This document shows positions 1 to 8,490 of a stretch of 22,049 bases of DNA, piece after piece. The translations under genes were made by a program, and so were the position numbers. The notes beneath the pieces are model-generated. The model was not told the origin of the DNA. It saw nothing but the letters and a program-made list of their open reading frames with translations, and made no database searches. The stretch lies in the NCBI GenBank assembly GCA_048940645.1, contig JBHLOI010000057.1, positions 1 to 22,049 on the forward strand, given 5' to 3'. The stretch's first letter is position 1, and every line of letters begins with the position of its first letter. This stretch comes from Promethearchaeota archaeon. Lineage in GTDB: Archaea; Asgardarchaeota; Lokiarchaeia; Sigyniarchaeales; SOKP01.

Positions 1-3
1 TAA

Positions 4-88
4 GCGGGAATTGCCAAGTCTGGACAAAGGCGCTGGACTCAGAATCCAGTCTCGTAGGGGTTCGGGGGTTCAAATCCCTCTTCCCGCA
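4..88 (+). tRNA. tRNA-Leu, anticodon CAG (class II, long variable arm), CCA not encoded
   Basis: Acceptor stem GCGGGAA(4-10)/TTCCCGC(81-87), discriminator A88; anticodon stem CTGGA/TCCAG with loop CTCAGAA (CAG at 40-42); variable arm CTC-GTAG-GGG; T-arm GGGGG-TTCAAAT-CCCTC; no intron. Confidence 0.97.
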
Positions 89-92
89 TATG

Positions 93-109
93 TTTTTTTA
101 TAAAAAAAA
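93..109. terminator. Bidirectional oligo-T terminator between the tRNA and the convergent ATPase gene
   Basis: A T-run immediately followed by an A-run between converging 3' ends, giving U-tracts on both strands. Confidence 0.55.
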
Positions 110-119
110 TAGCTATATG

Positions 120-2273
120 TTAAACTAAACTCAATTTATTATTACAGCTGGGGCAAAATAGGGGTAATTCTTGTTCACATGATTCTAGTACATCACTATT
201 TAGCATCTTTCTCCAGCATACTAATTTATCTTCTGATTGAATCATATCTCTTCCATGATGTTGAGGTATAATCTGTTTTGTTTTACAATTCTCGCAAATT
301 ATCATAATTGATTCTGTTTTAATATTATCAGAAGAAATTTCAGAAATTTTATTCTTATAGCGAAATATTCTCATAGCGTTCAACATTACGGCGAGTGAAA
401 CTCCCATATCACCAATACCTACAGCTAGCCATAATGTCATTAACCCAATAACTGTTAAAATAGCAAACGACAGTTTAATAATAATTGAGGTCCAAATATT
501 TTGTTTTATAATTTTATTTGTTTTCTTTGAGATATCAATAAAATCAATAATTTTTTTTAGATCATCATTTATTATGATAACGTCAGCAGTTTCTAAAGTA
601 AGATCTGTAGCAGAAGCACCAATGGCTATCCCTAGATCTGATAACGCTAAAGCAGGAGCATCATTAATGCCATCTCCCACCATCGCAACACCTTTATAAT
701 TAGCTTTTAATTTTTTTATTTCCTCCAATTTTTGGTCTGGTAAGAGCTCACCGTATATATTATCAATATCTAAACAAGAACCAATTGTATTACATACATT
801 TTGATTATCACCTGATATTAGAATAGATTTATATTTTCTTCTTTTCAAACCATCTATTAATAAAGGAGAAGTTATTCTTAACACATCTCGAATAGAAATT
901 AATCCAATTAGTCCGTTATTTCCAACCAATATTGGGATAGTCCCATTCTCTTCAATTTCTTTTATTTCTTTAATCGGTAATTTAATATTAAGCTCATTAA
1001 AAAATTTCTGGCTACCAATATAATATAATCTTCCGTTAATCTCTCCCTTTATTCCCATTCCTTTTGAAATTTCAAAATTAGTGACATTCAATAAGTTAAC
1101 ATTCATCCTTTTAGCTTGACTTACAATTGCTTGACCAATAGGATGTTCTGAAAGTGATTCTAAACTTGCTGCAATACTTAATATTGCATTCTCATCATAA
1201 TCCTTATAAGCTCTAACCTCAAAAACCTTAAGAGATCCCTCCGTTAGCGTCCCAGTTTTATCAAATGCAATTGCTTCAATTTTATCTACTTTTTCAATAA
1301 ATACATTTCCTTTTACTAAGATACCTTCTTTTGCCAATTTTGTGAGAGCAGTAATATTTGCTAATGGCGTTGAGAGTGTTAAAGCACAAGGGCATGAAAC
1401 TACGAGTAAAATTAAACCACGATAGAACCAGTTATTAAAATCTAATCGAAAGATTAATGGAGGCAATATCATTAACATGAGTGACATAATTAATATTGTT
1501 GGAGTATAATACTTAGCAAATTTCTCAATAAATTTCTCACTATTGCTTTTATTTTGCTGTGCTTCTTTTATACTCCGGACAATTTGAGCTACAACAGTAT
1601 CATTGGTTTCTCTAATTACTTCAACGTCGACAAATCCTTCAGAATTAATACTAGCAGCAAAAACCTCATCTCCTTCATTTTTAAATACTGGTAAAGATTC
1701 ACCTGTAATCGTACTTTCATCAAAATACGATTTACCTTTTATAATAATGCCATCTAAAGGAACTTTCATTGCTGGTTTTACACCTATGATATCCCCCTTT
1801 TTAATTTGGATAGTTGGTACCGAAATATACTCATTTCCTTTTTTTAACAAGGCTTCATCAGGAGATAATTCAAGTAATTCTTTAATTGCATCTCGAGATT
1901 TGTCTGTTGTAAGTTCTTCTATATGTTCTGCAATTGCATATAGTAATATGGCAGTTGCGCCTTCTTGACCATGGAAAATAAAAAAAGAAGCAATAGCTGC
2001 AATTATCATTAAAATATTCGCTGTTATTTTTTTCTTAATTATATCTTTAATTGCTTCTTTAACTACGCCACTACTAGATAAAATTATCGAAAAAATTGCT
2101 AACAATTGGGCAATCAAGACTTCTTCAAAACCAAATTCCAAAAAAATGGCTATTACTAATAATATTGCAGAAGGTATTATGAAATACCAAAATTTTTTCT
2201 CAAAAAAGGTGCTTTCTTCAATTTCTTCCAAGTTAATATCACAAGCAGCATTTGAACACTCAAAATGAGATAT
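120..2273 (-). CDS. Heavy-metal translocating P1B-type ATPase (P1B-2, ZntA/CadA-like) with C-terminal Cys/His domain
   Basis: TGES, SCPCAL, DKTGTLT, SEHP and GDGINDAPAL motifs; Lys in M5 (IIIKL) and GDMG in M6 fit the Zn/Cd/Pb subclass. The ORF track starts at TTG 2231, but the frame is open to ATA 2273, which lies 6 nt after AGGTGA. Confidence 0.93.
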   Translation of the reverse strand: MSHFECSNAACDINLEEIEESTFFEKKFWYFIIPSAILLVIAIFLEFGFEEVLIAQLLAIFSIILSSSGVVKEAIKDIIKKKITANILMIIAAIASFFIFHGQEGATAILLYAIAEHIEELTTDKSRDAIKELLELSPDEALLKKGNEYISVPTIQIKKGDIIGVKPAMKVPLDGIIIKGKSYFDESTITGESLPVFKNEGDEVFAASINSEGFVDVEVIRETNDTVVAQIVRSIKEAQQNKSNSEKFIEKFAKYYTPTILIMSLMLMILPPLIFRLDFNNWFYRGLILLVVSCPCALTLSTPLANITALTKLAKEGILVKGNVFIEKVDKIEAIAFDKTGTLTEGSLKVFEVRAYKDYDENAILSIAASLESLSEHPIGQAIVSQAKRMNVNLLNVTNFEISKGMGIKGEINGRLYYIGSQKFFNELNIKLPIKEIKEIEENGTIPILVGNNGLIGLISIRDVLRITSPLLIDGLKRRKYKSILISGDNQNVCNTIGSCLDIDNIYGELLPDQKLEEIKKLKANYKGVAMVGDGINDAPALALSDLGIAIGASATDLTLETADVIIINDDLKKIIDFIDISKKTNKIIKQNIWTSIIIKLSFAILTVIGLMTLWLAVGIGDMGVSLAVMLNAMRIFRYKNKISEISSDNIKTESIMIICENCKTKQIIPQHHGRDMIQSEDKLVCWRKMLNSDVLESCEQELPLFCPSCNNKLSLV

Positions 2274-2414
2274 TTTATATCACCTAATTTAAACATACTG
2301 AAGAAAACATAAAAACTTGATATTTATGGATAATAAAAAAAAAACCGTTCTGAAGTTATAAGATATTGATATTTAGTTAAATTTATTATTTTTCAAAAAA
2401 TAATTCTAAAAAAC

Positions 2415-3296
2415 TTATCTGATAACGTAAACTAATTTTTGACCCTCATCTAAAGGAAGATTTAACTTTTTTCTAATTTCATTTCTTATCAAATATCCAG
2501 CTACGTGAAGAATAGAATCTTTTAAAATTGAATCTTGATCCATAGAAGCATTACACGGATATGAATGATGTGCTTTGCTAATTCTTTCATTTAAACTGAG
2601 TTCACCATTACTAATATATTTGCCCTTTAATTGTTGTAATATAAAATAAGTTGAGCCACATGGGGCACTTTGTAGAACACAACTGTCTAAAATAGCGTTT
2701 CCCTCTTTATTTAATAAAAACGAAATTATAGGAACGCCTATTTTAAAGTACTCAATAAATTCTAATATATTATTTCTATTTTTAGTGATATTAAACCCTT
2801 CTCTATTATATTCATTAAGCTCTTTACTCAACGCACAGAAAGGTTTTGGAAAAGCCGCTTGAATACCGACCTGCTCAAACTCTTTTATAATTTGGACTTG
2901 TAATCCTGGAGGAACCCATTTCGGGTTTTCAACTGGAACTATAACAGCTTTTATTTTTGTATTCTTCAGATATTCAGGTAATCCTGATAGTAAATCTTGA
3001 TGAATCCCAATTACTAATAAAAAATCCACTTGCGGTATATTTCTTGGTAAATAATCCTCAGGCTGTTCTATAAAACTTGGAATATTTTCTCCAATTCTCT
3101 CATAGAAGTAAACAGAGCCTGAATAATTTTTTAAATTTTCTCTACAATGGTCACACTTTACATTTTGTTCGAATAATTCGCATGCTTTACAGAATTGATC
3201 ATCATTAATAAGATTTCCAACAAATTTTTGAGCTAACATCTCTGTATCGGGATCTGCTCCATAGAAAACTCCAAGTTTGTAATGTTTATCATTCAT
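2415..3296 (-). CDS. DUF166-family protein (archaeal, Cys/His-rich)
   Basis: Recognised motifs HQDL, AVIVP, PKPFCAL, APCGST, HHSYPCxASM, LHxAG; N-terminal CxxC..CxxC. Confidence 0.75.
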   Translation of the reverse strand: MNDKHYKLGVFYGADPDTEMLAQKFVGNLINDDQFCKACELFEQNVKCDHCRENLKNYSGSVYFYERIGENIPSFIEQPEDYLPRNIPQVDFLLVIGIHQDLLSGLPEYLKNTKIKAVIVPVENPKWVPPGLQVQIIKEFEQVGIQAAFPKPFCALSKELNEYNREGFNITKNRNNILEFIEYFKIGVPIISFLLNKEGNAILDSCVLQSAPCGSTYFILQQLKGKYISNGELSLNERISKAHHSYPCNASMDQDSILKDSILHVAGYLIRNEIRKKLNLPLDEGQKLVYVIR

Positions 3297-3516
3297 TATG
3301 AATTATATTTAGTTATTACTTTTATTTATGATTCTAATATTTTAAAAACCTTATAATTTTTAACCCGAACATCTTCATTTGCTTTATAATTTCAATTTAC
3401 CTAATAAAGTAATAAAGAAAGGATTAATGTGAGGCATTATAATTTAAATACTGTATGCATTATGCTTATCATATAATATATTATTTTAATACGAAATTTT
3501 TTCACCATATTACGAA

Positions 3517-4356
3517 ATGGAGATTTTAGAAATAAGAAAAGAAATAATTATTGATTTAAGGGATCAAATTCCAGAATTAGTGGATAAATTTAACCACTTC
3601 ATATTAAAAAAGTTACCTAGTAAAAAGAACTTCGTTTTAAATATAGTATTTAACCAGAAAACAGATCGATTTCCTAAAGAATTCATAATTAAAGTATTTA
3701 GAACTGATAAATCCAAAAATGAGTATTATACCTTGAATAATTTAACAAGCCAAGAAATCAAATTACCAAAAATTCTCTTTTTTAAAGAACCATACTTATT
3801 TTTGAAGAAAATAAAAGGTGTAAATCTATGTGATTTCATTAATGATAAATTGCGAAATGTTGTAAGTATAGACGATTTAGATCCAGAATCTAGAGAAGGG
3901 ATATTTGAAGGTTTAAACAAGTTAGCTGCCTGGTTAGCTCAATTACATAATACAAATATTGTAGATGCATCTGACGATTCAGAAATCATCGTATTGAACA
4001 AAGGAGACACAAGGTTAAGAGATTTTATTTACAATATTGATAAAAATAAAATATCTGGAGTTGATTTCGAAGATTCCTACAATGGAAATCATTTAGATGA
4101 TATTGCATGGATTTGTTGTTCTTTACTTGATACTAATCCTGGAATATTTGAATTAGATAATCCAAAATTAAAGATTGATTTAATAAATTTCTTTCTTCAG
4201 AGTTATTATAAAGTAAATACTAATTTTCACTTTGATTATAATTATTTTGCAGGACAATTAATTGAAAATCTTAATCTCGTAATGAGAAGAAGAAATATCA
4301 ATTTAACTCTTGATAAAGCATACTTTATTGAAGATATTTCAAAAGAACTCTTATAA
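3517..4356 (+). CDS. Atypical protein-kinase-like / aminoglycoside-phosphotransferase-fold enzyme
   Basis: IIKVF lysine, NEY helix-C Glu, WLAQLH, catalytic loop KGDTRLRD, VDFED metal-binding motif, downstream DIAW. Confidence 0.75.
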   Translation: MEILEIRKEIIIDLRDQIPELVDKFNHFILKKLPSKKNFVLNIVFNQKTDRFPKEFIIKVFRTDKSKNEYYTLNNLTSQEIKLPKILFFKEPYLFLKKIKGVNLCDFINDKLRNVVSIDDLDPESREGIFEGLNKLAAWLAQLHNTNIVDASDDSEIIVLNKGDTRLRDFIYNIDKNKISGVDFEDSYNGNHLDDIAWICCSLLDTNPGIFELDNPKLKIDLINFFLQSYYKVNTNFHFDYNYFAGQLIENLNLVMRRRNINLTLDKAYFIEDISKELL

Positions 4357-4460
4357 CTTTTTTTCTCATTTTTAAAACTTCCTTCTTAAAAAAGCATATT
4401 TAATAATAATTACCCTATACATTTATTATAATTTTTTTCAAAATTGTAGGAGATTTAGTA

Positions 4461-5213
4461 ATGAGTACACCATTATTAGACGCAAAAACCTCATTAAAGA
4501 AAATATTATCTAATGTTGATTATTTGGAAAGCTTAAATAAGGATTATATACCTAAATTGAAAGAATTACCAACAAACTTATTAGAGGCTATTCAAAAACT
4601 TGAAGATGAGAAAAGTGGAATATTAAAGGCAATTGATCAGAATTCAGATGAAATAAATTCATATAAAAATAAAATATCTGAAAATCAGAGGGAAGTTTCA
4701 AAACTCGAGGAATCTAACAGTGACTTAACACAGCAACGTCAAAATCTTATGGACAAGATACAAAATAAGCAAAATCAATTAAAAGCGACTAAGGATACTA
4801 TTAGAGTAAAAAACGAAGAATTTGGAAACCGTACGAAACGATTGAATGAGTTAGAGAATAAACTCATAGACTTATCAAGAGAATTGAATCAATTTGAAGA
4901 TAATTTAAAGCAAATTGAGAAAGATCTTGAAAATACTTTTCTCAAAAAAGAACGACAAGTCCAGAACTTTGGGTATTGCGTGCAGGCAATGAAGATTCTT
5001 ATTAATAAAAAGTATATTAACTCATCATTATATCAATTCATAAGAGCACTACAAGTAGGAAGTGCATTAGAAGTAAAAAATATCTTAGTAGCAATTGATA
5101 TGAGGGAAGATCAAGCAATAAAGATTCTTAGTAAAATGTTAGAGGAAAATGGTCCAATTGAATTTGATTCAACCACCGGGACAGTAACATTAAAACAGGA
5201 GGTGGATTTCTAA
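4461..5213 (+). CDS. Long coiled-coil protein with predicted C-terminal winged-helix domain
   Basis: About 150 aa of heptad E/K/L/N/Q-rich sequence, then about 60 aa helix-helix-helix plus beta-hairpin (..ILSKMLEENGPIEFDSTTGTVTL); AGGAGA RBS upstream. Confidence 0.7.
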   Translation: MSTPLLDAKTSLKKILSNVDYLESLNKDYIPKLKELPTNLLEAIQKLEDEKSGILKAIDQNSDEINSYKNKISENQREVSKLEESNSDLTQQRQNLMDKIQNKQNQLKATKDTIRVKNEEFGNRTKRLNELENKLIDLSRELNQFEDNLKQIEKDLENTFLKKERQVQNFGYCVQAMKILINKKYINSSLYQFIRALQVGSALEVKNILVAIDMREDQAIKILSKMLEENGPIEFDSTTGTVTLKQEVDF

Positions 5214-5950
5214 TGAGCTCAAATTTAAAGGATGTGTTTGGATTGATTGAAACACTCGAAAAATCTTTAGATGGATATCAACAATTTTTTCAAAAAACTC
5301 ACGAAAATTTAACACAAGATTTAGGAACTGCCTGGAAAAGAATGAAAGATGAGCAGAAAGAAATTGAAGATTTTGAAGCTGTAGTTCGTTCACAAAATTC
5401 CGAACTTACTGAATTAAAGCTTAAATCTGACGAGTTAGATAAGAAACTTGAAGAATTAAAGAAGACAAAAAGCGAATTAACATCAAAAATTTCTGAATTA
5501 AATAGTTCTTTAGAAAAGGTAGATGATGAACTTAAAACCCCTCAATTAGAACTAGAAAATCTACTGTCGAAGTTAAATTCTTTAAATCAAAAGATTACAT
5601 CAAAAGAAGATGAAAAATCAGCAATGGACCAAAAGAAGTTGGATTACCAGAATCACGAGAATTATCTAACAACTACATATACGCAAGAAAAAATGGCTGA
5701 TCTAAATACAAAATTATCTCAATTAAAAAGAAATAATTTCTTTACGTCGTTTTTAATTGAAAATTCGGAAGAAAAAATTCCAGAAGTAGATATCATCGCA
5801 ACAATTATGACCCAAGGAAGTGTAAGTCTCGATGAGCTCAAGAAACTACTGGATGTCCCCCCAATTATGGCAGTCAGAACTATAAAACAATTAGCAATTG
5901 CTGGAATTATAAATTTAGATGAAGATACTAATATAATTACTATGCCTTAG
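5213..5950 (+). CDS. Second coiled-coil protein with predicted C-terminal winged-helix domain, translationally coupled to the upstream gene
   Basis: TAATG stop/start overlap; GGAGGTGGA RBS; heptad repeats, then VSLDELKKLLDV..AVRTIKQLAIAGIINLDEDTNII wHTH pattern. Confidence 0.72.
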   Translation: MSSNLKDVFGLIETLEKSLDGYQQFFQKTHENLTQDLGTAWKRMKDEQKEIEDFEAVVRSQNSELTELKLKSDELDKKLEELKKTKSELTSKISELNSSLEKVDDELKTPQLELENLLSKLNSLNQKITSKEDEKSAMDQKKLDYQNHENYLTTTYTQEKMADLNTKLSQLKRNNFFTSFLIENSEEKIPEVDIIATIMTQGSVSLDELKKLLDVPPIMAVRTIKQLAIAGIINLDEDTNIITMP

Positions 5951-5965
5951 TATTTAAAAAATTGA

Positions 5966-6056
5966 ATATTTTTTGTTTTTTCTTTTTTTATTTATTATAA
6001 AGTGCTTATTTTATTTCTTTTTCAAAAGTTTTTTACATTTTCAAAAAAAAAAAAAT
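5966..6056. terminator. T-rich/A-rich bidirectional termination zone between convergent genes
   Basis: Multiple T-runs on + after 5950 and a long A-run (T-run on the - strand) near 6043-6055. Confidence 0.45.
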
Positions 6057-6082
6057 AAAGATTTAAAGACAAAACAGCTTAA

Positions 6083-6475
6083 TCATTCAATTTTTTTGAT
6101 ACCAATTAAGAATTCAACGAATAGGCATGCAAATATTAAATCAATAATCACAGGAATGAATCCAATAAAATTGAATTCGCCTAAAATTAAATATACTAAG
6201 AAATTAACAAAAACAAATCCTTTCGAAACCGCTCCTATTATTAGAATACCGTGGTTTTTATTAATATCTAAGAAGATAATAAAATACCCAATTCCAAATA
6301 TAAATACTAACCCGAAGAAAGCATGTATAAATATATTACTCGGTGGAACTGCCACTCCAAAAAAACCAAAACCCGCAGGCCAAACTAATGGTATCAGAAA
6401 AAATATTATGCCTATAATCCAATTCCAAAGTGCTGAAACTAAAAATAGATATTTGTAATATTTTTTTTTTTCCAT
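6083..6475 (-). CDS. Small integral membrane protein (about 4 TM), unknown function
   Basis: Four hydrophobic segments; ATG 6475 preceded by AAGTGA-TTTAT (the track's GTG at 6484 is part of this RBS). Confidence 0.75.
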   Translation of the reverse strand: MEKKKYYKYLFLVSALWNWIIGIIFFLIPLVWPAGFGFFGVAVPPSNIFIHAFFGLVFIFGIGYFIIFLDINKNHGILIIGAVSKGFVFVNFLVYLILGEFNFIGFIPVIIDLIFACLFVEFLIGIKKIE

Positions 6476-6631
6476 ATAAATCACTTTCTTTCCAATATTA
6501 TCTAATATAACAGATTAGACAAAATTGTGCAAGTGAAATAATTTAACTTTTATATTTAAAATTTTTATTCTTTTTTTTATCTAATCTCATCTTATGATGA
6601 GAGTTTATGCTATAATATATAGGGAATTAAG

Positions 6632-6655
6632 CGTTATGTCTCGCTGGTAATAACG
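6632..6655. promoter_or_regulatory. ModE-box-like operator upstream of tupA
   Basis: CGTTAT-N12-ATAACG perfect dyad; a related copy lies before moaC. Confidence 0.7.
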
Positions 6656-6705
6656 TTTAAATTAAAAGAAAATTATATCAAATTAATCACTAGAATGAGA
6701 AGGTT

Positions 6706-7740
6706 ATGACTAGAAGAAAATCGTTAACAAGAATATTAAGTGAGCATAAAACAGCGGTTTTATTAGCAGTTTTAATTATTACGGGAGGTTCAATTGGAAC
6801 ATATTTCATAATAGATTATTTAAACGCTCAAGATCCGGAAAAAATAACATTAGCAACTACAACCTCCACGTATGATTCAGGGTTGTTAGATTACTTACTA
6901 CCAAAATTCACTGAACAAACGGGAATTCAAATTAAGGTGCTATCAGTAGGTACAGGCACTGCAATACAATATGGGAAAGATGGGAATGCTGATGTGATTC
7001 TCGTTCATTCAAGACCTAGGGAGGATGATTTTGTAAATGTTAGTCTTGGTGTTAATGGTATTCCTTATGGGATTCATCGTGCTTGTATTATGTACAATGA
7101 TTTTATAATCGTTGGACATTCTTCTAACCCAGCTAATCTAAAACCTGGTGAAAATATAACAACTGTTATGACAAAATTAAGAGATGCAATTGATACCGGT
7201 AATATGACTTTTTACTCAAGAGGAGATGATTCGGGAACTCACTCGAAGGAAAAAGCATTATGGGCAGAGATAGGAATCGTAGCTGCAACAAGATGGAGTG
7301 GACAACCAGATAAATATACAGAAACCGGACAAGGTATGGCAGCAACTTTATTGATGACCTATGAAGATATAAATCCTGCTCATGAAGGATATACTCTTGT
7401 AGATCGAGGTACATGGTTAACTTTCAATGATACGTATACATCATTAAATATCTTAGCAGAATCTGTTGTTGGAGAAGATATCTTACTAAATCCTTATGGT
7501 GCAATCCCAGTTAATCCTGTTTTACACCCAAAAGTAAAGTATATTTCAGTTTGTAGATTTATTGGCTTCTTAACATCCCCTTATGGTCAAACACTAATTA
7601 ATACATATAAAAAAAACAATGCAGTTTTATTTCATGCTAATTTTGGATCATGTGATAGTACCACAGGTTGTGCTACAACTAATGATGAAATCGCTATATG
7701 GACTCCCTTTCAAGCAGAATTTGCAGGTTTAACTTTATAA
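6706..7740 (+). CDS. tupA: Tungstate ABC transporter substrate-binding protein, N-terminal membrane anchor
   Basis: Signature LATTTSTYDSGLL, VGTGxA, SRGDDSGTHxKE, GQGM, DRGT, NPY. Confidence 0.93.
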   Translation: MTRRKSLTRILSEHKTAVLLAVLIITGGSIGTYFIIDYLNAQDPEKITLATTTSTYDSGLLDYLLPKFTEQTGIQIKVLSVGTGTAIQYGKDGNADVILVHSRPREDDFVNVSLGVNGIPYGIHRACIMYNDFIIVGHSSNPANLKPGENITTVMTKLRDAIDTGNMTFYSRGDDSGTHSKEKALWAEIGIVAATRWSGQPDKYTETGQGMAATLLMTYEDINPAHEGYTLVDRGTWLTFNDTYTSLNILAESVVGEDILLNPYGAIPVNPVLHPKVKYISVCRFIGFLTSPYGQTLINTYKKNNAVLFHANFGSCDSTTGCATTNDEIAIWTPFQAEFAGLTL

Positions 7741-7793
7741 AATAATTTTTTAATATTTTATTTGTATCTGATAAAAAAATTTAAGATAAAGCT

Positions 7794-8489
7794 ATGTCGA
7801 ATGAAATTATTGACGGAATATTAGAAGGACTGCGTTTGATTTTTACTTTTGATCCAGAAGTATGGGGTATTATTGGAGTTTCTTTTAGGGTATCACTAAC
7901 TTCAACATTTTTAGCAGCTTTAGTAGCATTACCTATGGGTTCATTTATTGGCTTAAGAAAATTTAGAGGAAAAAAGGAATTATCAAATTTAATTAACACA
8001 TTTATGGGTTTTCCTCCAGTAGTTATGGGCTTAATCGTGTATTTATTACTTTCTCGAAACGGTCCGTTTGGCGCCCTAGGGCTATTATACTCGACAACAG
8101 CTATGATAATAGCTCAATTTCTTTTGGCAGTTCCAATAATTATGGGAACAGCAAAAGCAGCAATAGAAAGTGTTGATCCTGCTTTAAAAGAGACTGTCCT
8201 CTCTTTAGGGGCAAATGAACGACAATTATGGTGGGAAATGATAAAACATTCGAAAAAATCTATTATTGCAGGTTTTCTTGTCGCATTTGGTCAAGCAATT
8301 TCAGAGGTAGGAGCAGTGATAATCGTTGGAGGCAATATCAGATGGGAGACGAGAACCTTTACAACTGCTATTGTACTTCAAACACGTATGGGAGAATTTG
8401 GAATGGCAATCGCATTGGGTATAATTCTAATATTAATAGCTTTTATTGTTAATTATGGAATGACTCGTCTACAGTCCAGAGTTGACTAG
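7794..8489 (+). CDS. tupB: Tungstate ABC transporter permease
   Basis: MGFPPVVMGL, LLSRNGP, AISEVGAVIIVGGNI, TRTFTTAI; follows tupA. Confidence 0.93.
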   Translation: MSNEIIDGILEGLRLIFTFDPEVWGIIGVSFRVSLTSTFLAALVALPMGSFIGLRKFRGKKELSNLINTFMGFPPVVMGLIVYLLLSRNGPFGALGLLYSTTAMIIAQFLLAVPIIMGTAKAAIESVDPALKETVLSLGANERQLWWEMIKHSKKSIIAGFLVAFGQAISEVGAVIIVGGNIRWETRTFTTAIVLQTRMGEFGMAIALGIILILIAFIVNYGMTRLQSRVD

Positions 8490-8490
8490 T

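Noticed and set aside
4-88. tRNA as the attachment site of an integrated element
   Set aside because: No integrase or transposase and no repeat of the tRNA 3' end seen in the window
1603-1968. 121-aa + strand ORF, and the other short overlapping track ORFs (3726, 5190, 7166, 7781, 8228, 9606, 9837, 13048, 13864, 14055, 17899, 20026, 20036)
   Set aside because: They lie antisense or out of frame over well-supported genes and show no recognisable motifs
5198-5215. G_GAT_TTC heptamer with open -1 frame at the coiled-coil gene junction
   Set aside because: Fully explained by the GGAGGTGGA RBS and a canonical ATG overlap; no well-spaced strong stem downstream
4461-5950. SMC/Rad50 annotation for the coiled-coil proteins
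   Set aside because: No Walker A/B, signature, hinge or zinc-hook motifs, and the proteins are too short
5973-6458. 161-aa + strand ORF
   Set aside because: Antisense shadow of the membrane-protein gene, starting in a poly-T terminator zone
6485-6705. Canonical Moco/Wco riboswitch
   Set aside because: Characteristic GNRA-capped multi-stem pattern not recognised; the region is very AT-rich
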